From the NCBI RefSeq assembly GCF_006345805.1, contig NC_042998.1, positions 175,274,001 to 175,338,000 of the forward strand: DNA of 64,000 nt, in the 5' to 3' direction. Below, in pieces: positions 50,701 through 64,000 of this stretch. The position numbers and the translations under genes were made by a program. Source of the stretch: Octopus sinensis (lineage: Eukaryota). The notes beneath the pieces were generated by a model that did not search any database, had not been told where the DNA came from, and worked only from the letters and a program-made list of their open reading frames with translations. Positions within the stretch are counted from its first letter, which is position 1. The number at the start of each line of letters is the position of its first letter.

Positions 50701-51806
50701 CAGTGCTTCTCAAACTATCTGATCTGGCATACTTTTTTAATTTTTTTTATTTACTTGTTTCAGTCATTTGACTGCAGCCATGCTGGAGCACCGCCTTTAG
50801 TCGAGCAAATCGACCCCGGGACTTATTCTTTGTAAGCCCAGTACTTATTCTATCGGTCTCTTTTTGCCGAACTGCTAAGTGACGGGGACGTAAACACACC
50901 AGCATCGGTTGTCAAGGAATGCTAAGGGGACAAACACAGACACACAAACACAAACACATATATATACATATATACGACAGGCTTCTTTCAGTTTCCGTCT
51001 ACCAAATCCACTCACAAGGCATTGGTCGGCCCGGGGCTATAGCAGAAGACACTTGCCCAAGATGCCACGCAGTGGGACTGAACCCGCAACCATGTGGTTG
51101 GTTAGCAAGCTACTTACCACACAGCCTCTCCTGCGCCTTATATTTATTTTGTAAACAAATAATACTGGCAGTTTTTTTTTCCCAATGTGCCAGGAACTGG
51201 TAATATTTATTAGTAATATTAATTTATACCGAAACAATATATATAATGAATATAATAAAAATTGACAATTTGTTTTATCTTATTCTTTTATTTGTTTCAA
51301 TCATTTGACTGTGGCCATGTTGGAGCACCGCCTTTAGTTGAGCAAATCAACCCCGGGACTTATTCTTTGTAAGCCTAGTACTTATTCTATGAGTCTCTTT
51401 TGCCGAACCGCTAAGTTACGGGGACATAAACACACCAGCATCGGTTGTCAAGCCATGTTAGGGGGGACAAACATAGACATACAAACACACACACACATAC
51501 AATGGGCTTCTTCCAGTTTCTGTCTACCAAATCCACTCACAAGGCTTTGGTTGGCCCGAGGCTATAGTAGAAGACATTTGCCCAAGGTGCCATGCAGTGG
51601 GACTGAACCCAGAACCATATGGTTGGTAAGCAAGACACTTACCACACAGCCACTCATGCACCTTATATTTATTTTGTAAACTAATAATACAATATTACAT
51701 AAGCATTTTATAATGTTTCTTTCTTTTCAGGAAACTCGCTGCATATCGGCCACTGATAGCTCGCAGACTGGCACTGGTTCACAGATCACCACTTTGTGTA
51801 GCACTG
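50701..51806. mobile_element. hAT (Charlie-like) MITE containing two nested SINEs
   Basis: cagtgcttctcaaact ... actttgtgtagcactg termini; 8-bp TSD gtttgggt/gtttaggt with one mismatch. Confidence 0.7.
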
Positions 51807-54800
51807 GTTTAGGTAGCTGATGACTAGGAGTTGAGGATGGTGATGATGACAACGATATTGGCGGCAGAACCGTTTGCACGCCGAGTGAAATGCGTAGCCG
51901 TATTTCGTCTGCCGTTAGGTTCTGAGTTCAAATTCCGCCGAGGTCGACTTTGCCTTTCATCCTTTCGGGGTCGATAAATTAAGTACCAGTTACACACTGG
52001 GGTTGATGTAATAGACTTAATCCATTTGTCCCCTCTATGTTTAGCCCCTTGTGGGTAATAAAGAAACAGATATTGGCAAAGATGATGACGATGATGACGA
52101 TATCAATGATGATGATGATGCTAATGATGACAATGACGATATCGATCCAAGTTTTATTAATTTTAGACACAGTGTTTTATCACCATCATACTGAACATAT
52201 GTACAGTACTGATAGGCATGGTGCTGGATTTTGTTTGAGAGAAAATCTCTTCATAGACATGTGTTAAAAACAATACATATTGGAATGAGACGAACATTGT
52301 TCCAGCAGCAAGCCATGGGAATGCCATAGAGAACATGTCTTGCTCTTCTTGGGGCTTGTCAATGATGAGTACCCTGTAGTCACATGCCCAGATGAAACCT
52401 GTCACCCCTGTTGTATAGTGAACAGTGACTAATACTTTCACTAATACTGCAGCAAGCTTGCTGGGCTAAAATAAAAACATTTACAAAAACAACAACAATA
52501 ACAACGTAGTATGCCACCCCACCCAAATAGCTCTCCTCTTGTTTTTGAGACACAAAAATGAACACAATGATGAACAGGCTTGGCCCAACCTCAATCACAT
52601 AACAGTGTAAAATCAGTCATCGTCATCATCAACTAATGTTCACTTTTCCATGCTTGCATGGGTCAGATGGAATTTGTTGAGGCAGAATTTCTATAACCTG
52701 ATGTCCTTCCTGTTGCCAACCTTCACCTGTTTCCAAGCAAGGCAATATTTTCCCATGGCCAGACATGCTTTCCACAGAAGACTGGAAATGAACAACCTTG
52801 CTTGTATGATAATGATACTCATTTACAACCATCACATGATATCTAGACAAGGACACACACACACACACACACACACATATGATGGGCTTCTTTCAGTTTC
52901 CATCTACCAAATCCACACTCAAGGCTTTGGTCATCTCTGTACTATAGTACAAGACACTTACCCAAGGTGCTGTGTTATAGGACTGAACCCAAGACCTCAT
53001 AGTTGGAAAGTAAGCTTCTGAACCACACAGCCACACCTATAATGAACACCAATTAACTAGAGCACTTCTACAGCTTGTATGAGATTACATGTCTAATACA
53101 TCTGTTTTATCTTTGGTCTTGGTCTGAAAATAGTTTCCATGACTAAACATTCCCAAAGAGTCTCTACACTCATTAAGGTTCTTCGTCATTAGGCACACAA
53201 AATATGTTTTGGGAATGGTTTTTACAGCTGGATGCCAATTTACACCACTGTATTAAGTGGAGTCAGGTTTAATACATTTTTGTAACAAAACCTTTCAAAA
53301 TTATGACATAATAATTATTTAGATTTCCAATAATGAAACACAAAGAGAAAGAAAAACTAAGAACACAAAATGTCAGTAGTTTCAACGAAAATTTTTACTG
53401 TAGTAATGGACATAAGGCCCCACTATACTGCTTAGCAACCATGTGGCTTTGGGTTCAGTCCCACTGTGTGACACCCCTTGGGCAAGTATCTTTTGCTATA
53501 GCTCTGGAATGACTAATATTTTGTGAGTGAATAGTAGATGGAAACTGTGTGGAAGCTCATCATATATAGATATGTTTATATGTATGTGTGTGTCTTTGTG
53601 TTTGTTGTCCCCACATACCATTTGACAACTGGTGTTGGTTTGTCTATGTCCCTGTAACTTAGCAGTTTGGTGAAAGAGACCAATAGAATAAGTACTGGAT
53701 TTAATAAATAAATTCTGGGTTGATTTGTTTGACTTAAACTTTCAAAGTTGTACTCTAGCATGGCCACAGTCCAATGATTGCAACAAGTAAAAAGTGAAGT
53801 AATCTATATTCAATAATGAAAACATCAGAATAGTATCGTTTCACCTTCTGAAAACTTGAACTGCTGTTTCAGTTTTTTAAAGATGAAAATATTAATTACA
53901 ATAGCACACAAAATAATTCTTTTTACACTTATTTTTAGGTACATTGTCAACATTTGGTTTGAAAACATTATGGGGAAATTGGAAGAGTATTCACACTTAT
54001 TTTACATCATTTTCCATCTCCACTACCCATTTCTTTGTTCTCTCTCACACTGTCTTTTTGTCTCACTTTCTCACACTTTCTTCCTCTTGCTGTCAACCAG
54101 CCTCTCTCTCTCTTTCTCTCTCTCACTCACTGAGATGAAAGGAAAGAAAGAGATACAGAAAGAGTGTGACAGACAACACCTTTATTAGTTTATAATGAAG
54201 AGTAACAAAGAGAGAAGTTTGTAAGATCAAACAAATATGAATGTCTCATCCCTATCACACTTCATTAATCAGCCAACAATTCACTAAAGTGTTAGGATGG
54301 AACACTTTCACTCCATATATATAGGTTTCAAATTTTGGCACAACACCAGCAATTTTAGGGGAGCAGGGAGAGGGTACTTCTTTTTTCAACTCCAAATGGG
54401 TGAAAGATAAAATTTCAGCAGCTTGGCAGAATTTGAACTCAGAATGTAATGACAGACAAAATGCTTAGCAGTATTTTGTCCGGCATGCTAACAATTCTGC
54501 CTGCTCACTACCTTTCTACATATGTATATGAGGAAGCACTCTGTCGGTTACGACGACGAGGGTTCCTGTTGATCCGAATCAACGGAACAGCCTGCTCGTG
54601 AAATTAACGTGTAAGTGGCTGAGCACTCCACAGACACGTGTACCCTTAACGTAGTTCTCGGGGATATTCAGCGTGACACAGAGAGTGACAAGGCCGGCCC
54701 TTTGAAATACAAGTACAACAGAAACAGGAAGTAAGAGTGAGAGAAAGTTGTGGTGAAAGAGTACAGCAGGGATCACCACCATCCCCTGCCGGAGCCTCGT

Positions 54801-56454
54801 GGAGCTTCAGGTGTTTTCGCTCAATAAACACTCACAACACCCGGTCTGGGAATCGAAACCGCGAGTCCGCTGCCCTAACCACTGGGCCATTGTGCCTCCA
54901 CACATATGTATATAAATAGTGATTGAAAGTGGTGGGGTCAGGAATCAAGGTGATTACATCAGTCAGCACTCCTGTGAATACCGGTTAACAGAATGTATAA
55001 GAAAGAAATGATGCTCTATTCAAAGAAAGTGGTTTACACAAAATGAAAATCCAGGAAGGTTTGAAAGTTGTGCAGTATAATATAACAAGAATAAGAATGG
55101 AGGTACTAGTATCGCAATTATTCTTTAATTGCAACCATTTGAACATATAGGTCAAATTAATCATTTAACAATGTAGAAAACCGTGATTCTGTAATATTAA
55201 GTACAGCCAAGGCAGAGGCTTGTAGAATTGTTACTGCACTGGGCAAAATACTCAGCAGCATTCTATCCATCTTTATGTTCTAAATTCTAATTCCATCAAG
55301 GTCAACTTTGCCTTTCATCCTTTCAGGGTTGATAAAATAAGTACCAGTTGAGCACTAGGGTTGATGTAATCAATTTATTCCCTCACCCAAACTTGCTGGC
55401 TTTGTGCTAAAATTTGAAGCCAACTCATAGTCATTTCTTCATCACCAAATAAATAAATTAATACCTGTATTATTTACTCAGGAATTAATACCTGTATTAA
55501 ACTATTTATTCAATCATGGAAAATGAATATTGGTTAAATTTGATATTACATAATCATCAAGTACTAGGGTTGATGTAATTGACTTACCCCATTCCTCTGA
55601 AATTGCAGGCCTTGTGTCAAAATTTGAACCTAATATAACATTATCCTTATTTTCCACCTTGTTAAATGATTTATCTGCTCCATATATTTTTGAAATAGTT
55701 GTAGCCAAAGAAAAAATGTGATACCAGTACCTCCATCCTTTTCTTGTTTCATATATATATATATCAATGTGATCACCGTGATCGACCAGACTATCAGATG
55801 TTGCTACACATCGCTGGTCACAATGCGCTTTGCATTGTTTTAGCCTTCAAGTGACGCCACCTCGCTGGCTAAGCGAGCAGGCCAACAGAAGAAAGAGTGA
55901 GAGAAAGTTGTGGTGAAAGAGTACAGCAGGAATCACCACCACCCCCTGCTGGAGCCTCATGGAGCTTTAGGTGTTTTCGCTCGATAAACACTCACAACGC
56001 CCAGTCTGGGAATCGAAACCGCGATCCTACAACCGCAAGTCCGCTGCCCTGACCACTGGGCCATTGTGCCTCCACACATATATATATACATACATATATA
56101 TCACATTACCATCATTTAACATTGTTTTCCATGCTGGCATGGGTTGGACAGTTTAACAGAAAGGTTGTTCAGGTTCCATGTCTGTTTTGGCATGGTTTCT
56201 ACGACTGTGTGCCTTTCTAATGCCAGCCACTTTACAGAGACAAAGTGTACTGGGTGCTTTTATGCAGCACCAGTATAGGTGCTTTTTACATGGCACCAGC
56301 ATTTATGAGCCTGCAAGATTAGGAATGCTCAGCTGGAGAAGGTTGCAAGGGCAGCTGCACTTTTACTCAGCTTGACATGCTTTTTCAAGCACAGCAAACT
56401 GCCAGGAGTCTCGGTCCCCTGTCATCCCCTCTGTGAGTCCCAAAGTTTGTAGAT

Positions 56455-56457
<3 letters not shown>

Positions 56458-56542
<85 letters not shown>

Positions 56543-56547
56543 TATAT
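56458..56547. repeat. (TA)n microsatellite, about 90 bp
   Basis: Direct reading. Confidence 0.95.
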
Positions 56548-56899
56548 AAAATTGAATAAGGGTAGAAATTGATATTAATCAATTAAAACCAGTGGCCTAG
56601 CATATTAAAAAAATCCGAAGATTAAAATAATTTTTACATACAAAATTTAAATTTTGTATGTATATATGTATGTAATGCTCTCATATACCTTTAATTATTT
56701 GAAATCTTCCTGCAAGAAAGGAGCTGGTTTCTAACAAAGGTACAAAGCTCCATCATTGGAATGTAGATAACAAAAACAGATTCAGAATTTGAACTTGAGT
56801 AAAGTCTTGCATATTTTTACTGTTCCACTTACAGATTGTATTTGCAATGTGTGAGTTAGATGGTTGAGTTAGATGGTATCCAGCCCTGTGTTTGCACTT

Positions 56900-57750
56900 A
56901 GTAGAAGTTTTGATGGATGGATGGATGTCTATTGTACCTGTGTTCTTACAATACTTCTTTACTCTTGTGAGACCCAGGTGATTTACAAAAAACATTTAAA
57001 CATATCGGAGCACTTCTACCTGCACTCCCTGAGATTGATCTTGGACATTCACTGGATCTTACATGTTCCAGACACAGAGGCGCTGGAACAAGCTGATACA
57101 TTCAGTAAAGAAGCTCATAGATACAAGCACTAACTTCACAAGGAAGGACATCTGATACAGCTGGACAATAATTGTATCTCCAAACAGATGCTTTATGGGG
57201 AGCTGGTCGAAGGAAAATGGGCTCAGTGAAAACTTGAGAAGCATTTCAAGGACTGAGTCAAAGATTCACTGCCACGGTTCAATCTTGACCTTCACAACTG
57301 GGAAGTACAAGCTGGCAACAAAAACAGGTGGAGAAAATAAATTCATAAAGGATGTCACTCAATAAGCAGAGCAAGGACCAAACGAGCTGCCTATAAGGAA
57401 AAGGAGGTAGAATTAGCCACCTCAAGAGTCACACTGACAACCTGCCAATAGATTATGTTCAATCTGTTATTGCAGATCCACTTACCTATGCTGTAAGCAG
57501 TAAAGACTGTGAGAGCCGCTTTGGACTCATTAAACATTTGAAAACCCATAATGATTCTCCACCTGAGATGCCTAACTGTCAGGTTGAAAACATAGATTTA
57601 GTTTGCAGTCTTTGTGGTAAACTCTGTAAGACTTTCACCAGCTTCAGGAATTTACTGTCGATCTCATGTTTGCAGGAACAATCAGTTATAAGTCAACCTA
57701 TCAGCAATGGTTGTGCTCATCTAATGATTAGACAGCCATCATGTATGTAT
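56900..57750 (+). mobile_element. RTE/BovB-like LINE 3' remnant with C-terminal zinc finger
   Basis: VYCTCVLTILLYSCET...HSLRLILDIHW...PDTEAL, a QMLYGEL-type motif and CSLCGKLCK. Confidence 0.75.
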
Positions 57751-58554
57751 GTAACTTTGTGTCTGTATAGCTGAGTTGTTGATAACAGATTTATTAATAG
57801 GCGTAGGAGTGGCTGTGTGGTAAGTAGCTTGCTTACCAACCACATGATTCCGGGTTCAGTCCCATTGTGTGGCACCTTGGGCAAGTGTCTTCTACTATAG
57901 CCTCGGGCCAACCAAAGCCTTGTGAGTGGATTTGGTAGACGGAAACTGAAAGAAGCTCGTCATATATACGCTTATATATATATATATATGTATGTGTGTT
58001 TGTGTGTCTGTGTTTGTCCCCCCAACATCGCTTGACAACCGATGCTGGTGTACTTACGTCCCTGTAACTTGGCGGTTCGGTAAAAGAGACCAATAGAATA
58101 AGTACTAGGCTTACAACGAATAAGTCCTGGGGTTGATTTGCTCGACTAAAGGCGGTGCTCCAGCATGGCCACAGTCAAATGACTGAAACAAGTAAAAGAG
58201 TAAAAGAGATATTCAAATGTATGTGTGTACGTGAGAGAGAGTGTGTGGAGAGGAGTGAGTATTTGTTGATAGGGATATAATTCCGTATTTGCATGATGTA
58301 ACTAGTGAGAAATTTGGCAGCTATATCTAACAGATTGAAGAGGTTTCTGCATTGCATAGACAAAAAGTGACATGAATTTCTCCAGAAAGCTAGATTATAA
58401 GTTCAGTAGAGCAGTTATAGATAAAAATGATAGAACGAGTTTATCAAACATGGTATCACAAAGCTCAATCCCACCACCTATGTTGTTCAACCTCAATATA
58501 TATGACATAACTCTCTCACAAACAATCTATACATAGCACCCTATGTGGGCAATA

Positions 58555-58889
58555 TCTTTATATATAAAAGTCAAGTTGTGTCTGTCTCCTACGATTTAGA
58601 TTCCTAACTCCTCCCACATTTTGCAGTGCAGTTTAACCAAAGCCGGGTATCTTATAGTCGTGATTCATATCGAGCCCTTCTGGGTATTTTTTCCCATTTT
58701 AATGCATTTTTTCGCTATTATATAAGGGAAGTAACTCTCTAAAAATGTCTACGATAAGTCAACGATTTAAAAAAAAATTTACCATCATTTTTTTTCCATT
58801 TTTAATGCATTTTTTTGCTATAACACTCTAAAAATGCTTATATAGTTATTTCCCTTACAAACCCGAGCAACGCCAGGCGATACTGCTTG
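58555..58889 (+). mobile_element. Non-autonomous Helitron, copy 3 (internal deletion, CTAG->CTTG)
   Basis: Reverse-complement homology to 48125-48518. Confidence 0.85.
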
Positions 58890-61689
58890 TCAGATATACA
58901 TCCACTCACAGCTTACCAGAAACAGCCCATAAATTGATTTATTTAGAAAAAAAAACATTAGCAATTATACCAGTCATACACAACATTCTGTGTGTGTGGG
59001 TAGTCATATAAACATCAATATAACATGCATATACACTTAGAATTATGCATCAACAGGATGTACTGCAATTCATATTAAGGTATAACCAAGGCAGCCAGTT
59101 AGCAAAGTCACCAGAGCATCAGATAAAATGTTTTGCAGTTACCATTCAGCTCTATACACTCTGGCTTCAAATCCATCCGTGGTCAACTTTTCCGCTCATC
59201 TTTCAAGGTCAATAAAAAAAAATGACCACTTCTGTACAGAGTACAATCCTCCTATTTCTCTCTCTCTCTCTCTCTTTCTTTCTGTTTGTCTAATTATGTT
59301 TCTCTACCACAAAGTCCAATCTTTGTTGCTATGTGGTGATTTGTGTGTGTCTCAATGACTCTGAGAGCTATGCCAATGGAGTGTAAACTCGTAGTAGAGC
59401 CTCCCATGTTGGACAAGTCAAAGGATAGGGGCCAAACTAATGTGAACCACCTTTTCCCAGCAGTAAAAATGGATTCACATAGGATCAAAACCTTTACCTA
59501 GAAAAAAAGCAAAGTTACAGAAAGGATCAATGACAATTCAAAACCAATGAGACCTGTGAAAGGAAAGCCTTCTCCCAGGGAAACATAAGACAATCGGCTG
59601 TGGTTGGATTGGAAAAGAATGGAGTCTGTCAGGTCAAAAAGTGCCCAAGACATGCCATATGTCATGATGGTACCCCTAAAATACTATCAAGAGTTAAGGG
59701 CGCATGGCAAGGCATGGTATTGTTATATACAACTGATGTCACTCAATAGCCTTCAACCCATGCTAGCATGGAAAACGGATGTTAAACGATGATGATGATG
59801 ATGATGATGAATATTATAGATCAACTAATTGCATATCTAACTATTCTACAATGTTGTTATAGGTTGTTTAACAGATATTATTCAAAAAAATGTAGCACAA
59901 GTTAAACCAAAGAGTCAGTTCTTCAGTGGTATAAATGAGATATTAATTGCTTCAAATTTTGGCACCGGGCCAGCAATTTTAGGAGGCGGTGGTTAGGCAA
60001 TTACATCAACTCCTGTACTTGACTAATACTTTATTCTATCAACTCTGTAGGGATAAAAGACAAGGGTAACTCCAGTGGAATTTGAACTCAGAACATAATG
60101 AGTTGGAAGAAATACTACTACGGTATTTTGTTAACATTCTAGCAATTCTGCCAGCTCACTGCCTTCAAGTGAGCTAATAATAATAAATGCTGTATGATTA
60201 ATTGATGGTGTATTCTGTTTAAGATATTATGAATAACTTCAGCCTAACAAGGAGGAAGTTAGTGGTCCATGTCCTGTCATTAATACTGTTTGATTTCCCA
60301 TAGCAAAGACATTTAACACTCCAATAAACTTGTCTATCAAGCTGTAAATAGCTATTTCAAGATAGAGACTACCCAACCACTATGTCCTCCACTAAGAAGA
60401 CAAATTCAGTGTCTTTCATTAATTTGCAGTGTTGAGTTCAACTTCCACAACTATAAGTTGAAGAAGGTTGAGCTGTATTAGACAGAACTGGCCTATCTAA
60501 TATCTGCAAGAATTGAAGTCTTCAGTAGTGTGCCCACCACTTAATTTTTACGGCTATGTTTGTAGAAAGCATAAAAGAGACAAAAATTCTGTAGAAGTAT
60601 ATTAGTAACCTACTAAGTACATATAGCTTTGATTGATGGGCCAACCAGGAAGCCTTGACAGTCACTTAACCTGCTAGAAATAACAGCCAAATATTTCCCT
60701 ACACTAAACCCCCACTATCTTAAATGGAAGGACATTGCTTACACATAGTGATACATCTAGAAAGGCAGGAAATATGAGATACTTAGGGCTACTTGATCAA
60801 GGCTGACTTGAGTCTAAATTTAAAAAAAAACACACCTTAATTGAGCTCATTATGGAGCATTTTGTAACAAAAAAAATAGCAACCAAATTCCTTTCAAGTC
60901 ACACCCATAGACGCTATCAGTACAAAGATTTGCCAGAATAAAAATGGTTTCCAGCAAGCTTTACTTGGATTTATAGGAACACCCATTCACCAGATCAATG
61001 CAAGAGACCATATTACTGGTTTATAAATAAAACCTTCTTGTTAGAATGTTGGAAGCTCAAGACAGATAGGTTTCTGAAGAATTAAAAAATGTACATACTG
61101 ACTAATAGACACAAAACTCCTCCTTGTGTATGAAGAAGAAGATTGTAAAGTTTAAGAAACCTGATAATGTTTTCAAGGCTGGAGTGTAAAAACTTGAAAT
61201 TCAACAAGAAAATACGCTGAAAAGGAAGAACAGATAGGTGAGAAGTGATAGAGGAATTTTATCCTTGAACTTGGGTTCATTTTGTAAGAGATTAGAGGTT
61301 TCAACAGTTAATCAAAGTTCGGTCTGAGATAACACATGTCATAAAAATAATAAGTGTGGCTGGGGGGAAGGGGGTGCTACTGTTTAACTTAGGATCAAGT
61401 AGTCATGTGATCAAAGGCATTCCAGTCATGACCATCCTGGCTTTTTTGTATATCAGACAGTGTATCTAAAAGAATATTATCTTATGTATCCCTTTTTAAG
61501 ATAGTAGGATATGACATTAGAGAAATTTGGCTGTCATTTCTAACAGACGGAGTGTACATACTGGTTTCCTTAGTTGTTTGTGATTTGAGGCAGATTTAGC
61601 TGCTATTTCTAACAGTTTAAGCAGTCATGTAGAGGCTCACACACTGACTCATGATTTGAGGGAGATTTGGCTGGGTGCTTTTATGTCAC

Positions 61690-62340
61690 CGACACAGGTG
61701 TTTTTACATGTTACTGGCATCAACCACAACTACAATTTCACTTGGCTAGACAAGTCTTCTCAAGCACAGCAAATCACCAAAGGTTGTGATCACTTGTCAT
61801 CACCTCTGTGAGGCCCCACATTCAGAGATCATGCTTCACCACTTTGTTCCATGTCTTCCTGGGTCCACCTCTTCCACAGGTTTCCTCCACAGTAAAAGAT
61901 CAGTACTTCTTTACACAGCTGTCCTCATCCATATGCATCACATGACCATACTAGTGCAGACATCTCTGTTGCACACCACATCTGATGCCTCTTATGCCCA
62001 ATTTTTCTCTTACACTCTGCCGTACATGCACACTGACATTGCACATTCAGCAGAGCATACTAGATTCATTTCTTTCAAGCCTTCACATGTCCTCTGCCAT
62101 CACAACCTATGTTTCACTGTCATGTAGCATGGCTGTTTTCACACAGGCATCACACAATTTGCTTTCACTCTGAGGGAGAGGTCCTTTATAGCCAACAAAG
62201 ACAGAAGCTCTCTGAACTTTGCCCAGCCTATTCGGAGTCTTATTCTAGCAGCCAAACTCTTGGCTGCTAACTTAGTCACCTAGGTAACAAAAGCTACCAA
62301 CTACTTCTAGGTATCTCCCCTAGCATTTGATGGAGTCTAT
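61690..62340 (-). mobile_element. RTE LINE 3' remnant, same family as 18830-20110
   Basis: Clear nucleotide similarity to 18840-19180, with the extra RT C-terminal segment retained. Confidence 0.78.
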
Positions 62341-64000
62341 TTTCTATATATTTTTATAAAATATATCCACTAAATTCTAAATAGATATTACATGATGTAT
62401 TAATTCACTATAATAAGTAATGGTTATGCAGTAGCACTGACAGAGGTTTTCCTTGGTTTGCACTGCTGAGTTAAATCTCTCATGTATGGAAAAGTTATCT
62501 CCAAGAGAAGATGTGTATCCCATTTGCTTAAACTGAAAACTATAGCAAGATGGGGTTGAGGATGACAGTTGCTCTACATGCGGGTTTGAAAGGATTCAAG
62601 ATTTCCTCTGGTTTATAATATCTCTTAATTAAGGTGAAGGGTGGTGCTGAAAGTGTCTTTGCTCCTAGGCACTGTGGACCCTTACAGAAATTAGAAATAT
62701 GCACCAGTTCTGTCTCACGAAGGATGAAATAACATTAGAAAGATTAATTATAACAGAAGTAAAAAAAAGAAAAATATAAACATCAACAGCCTTGACTGTG
62801 TGATAAAAAGCTTGCTTCCAAACCACATGGTTCCAGGGTTCAGTCCCACTGCATGGCACCTTGGGCAAGTGCCTTCTACTATAGTCTCGGGCTAACCAAA
62901 ACCTTGTGAGGGGATTTGGTAGACAGAAACTAAAAGAAGCCCATCATGTGTATGCATATTTGTGTACCCCACCACTTCTTGACAGCTGGTATTCGTGATT
63001 TTAAATCTCCTGTAACTTTAAGGTTCAGCAAACGAGATCAATAGAATAAGCATCAGACTGAAAGGTAAGATAATTACTGGGGTCAATTAATTTGACTAAA
63101 ATTCTTGAAGGTGGTGCTCCAGCATGGCCACAGTCTAATGACTGAAACAAGTAAAAGAAAAGCCATACAATTAACAGTGTCAGACATTTCCCCAATATCG
63201 TTGATGAAATATTTAACTGCTGAGTAGAGGTCTGTGAAGGTCATTATCACATATTTAGTTAGTAAAAGGGCAAACAGATGTGCCATCTGTGATTGGCAGA
63301 TAAATTTCAAACTAGGAACTGTTCAATAATCCTCTTTTCAACTCAATCTTCCATTGTGTGTGAACACATGTGCATGTATTATCTAGACGCCAATCAATTT
63401 TTTTTTTATAGCTGTATTAAAACATATAAATTAGACTCTCTATTTTGAAAGTGTGTAATAAAAATGGGAAATCACTTCTGTTTAATAGGTTTCTATTACT
63501 AGTTCAAGCTCTCTCACATTATTTATGCTGCTAATTCAAATTCCGCCGAGGTTAACTTTGCCTTTCATCTTTTCGAGGTCGATAAATTAAGTACCAGTTG
63601 AGTACTGGAGTCGATTTAATTGACTTAACCCCACCCCCAAAATTTCATGCCTTGTGCCTATAGTAGAAAGGATTATTTATGCTGCTAATATTTTTCAGAA
63701 AGACATGAATATATCACATCATATGTACCTATATGGTATTGCTAAATTCTTTATGAAGATAGACTACTAACAGAGTAACAGGCAATACTCCTTTTAGTTT
63801 TTCCAGTTAGACAAAATTTAGAATAATAAACATTTTTGCTATTCTAAGATGAATTGTCATGAAATGAAAATGATTTGTTGGACAATTAAGTTTAGCTTAT
63901 ATTTTTAGTGTTTTTATCAGTAAACCCCAAATGATTGTCTTGAATTTGAAAAATGGATAACAACAGTGAGGAGAGTAAAGAGAGATATGGGTACACAACT

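Noticed and set aside
50909-51679. Recurring ORFs such as MSSNARGTNTD...YDRLLSVSVYQIHSQG as a multigene peptide family
   Set aside because: All fall inside copies of the same SINE, and frames are not preserved between copies.
54840-54899. Functional tRNA genes in tRNA-like segments (also 21560-21625, 15114-15185, 36621-36690)
   Set aside because: They are SINE heads with broken cloverleaves, attached to repeat bodies.

Overview
AT-rich, repeat-dense eukaryotic DNA. The SINE, RTE and microsatellite repertoire suggests a cephalopod (Octopus-like) genome; this is inferred from repeat types only. It holds two convergent protein-coding genes. POLR3D/RPC4 (RNA polymerase III subunit, + strand) has 9 coding exons from 8302 to 31634, assembled by hand into a phase-consistent 388-aa GT-AG model. 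An intronless MFSD6/MFSD6L-like MFS transporter ORF (- strand, 41730-43634) has a recent 218-bp duplicate of its 3' end lying upstream. The rest is transposon-derived: tRNA-SINEs, RTE/CR1/Penelope remnants, two mariner elements, three non-autonomous Helitrons, several MITEs and two related LTR-like elements. Three structures stand out. (1) A tRNA-headed element carrying Penelope-type minimal hammerhead ribozyme motifs in inverted orientation, in POLR3D intron 4. (2) Two diverged LTR-like promoter cassettes sharing a TSS-proximal stem-loop that keeps its pairing despite substitutions. (3) A near-perfect 324-bp inverted duplication with a template-switch signature downstream of the MFS gene. No bacterial-type system or CRISPR array is present. 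All family calls come from motif recognition, not database searches.
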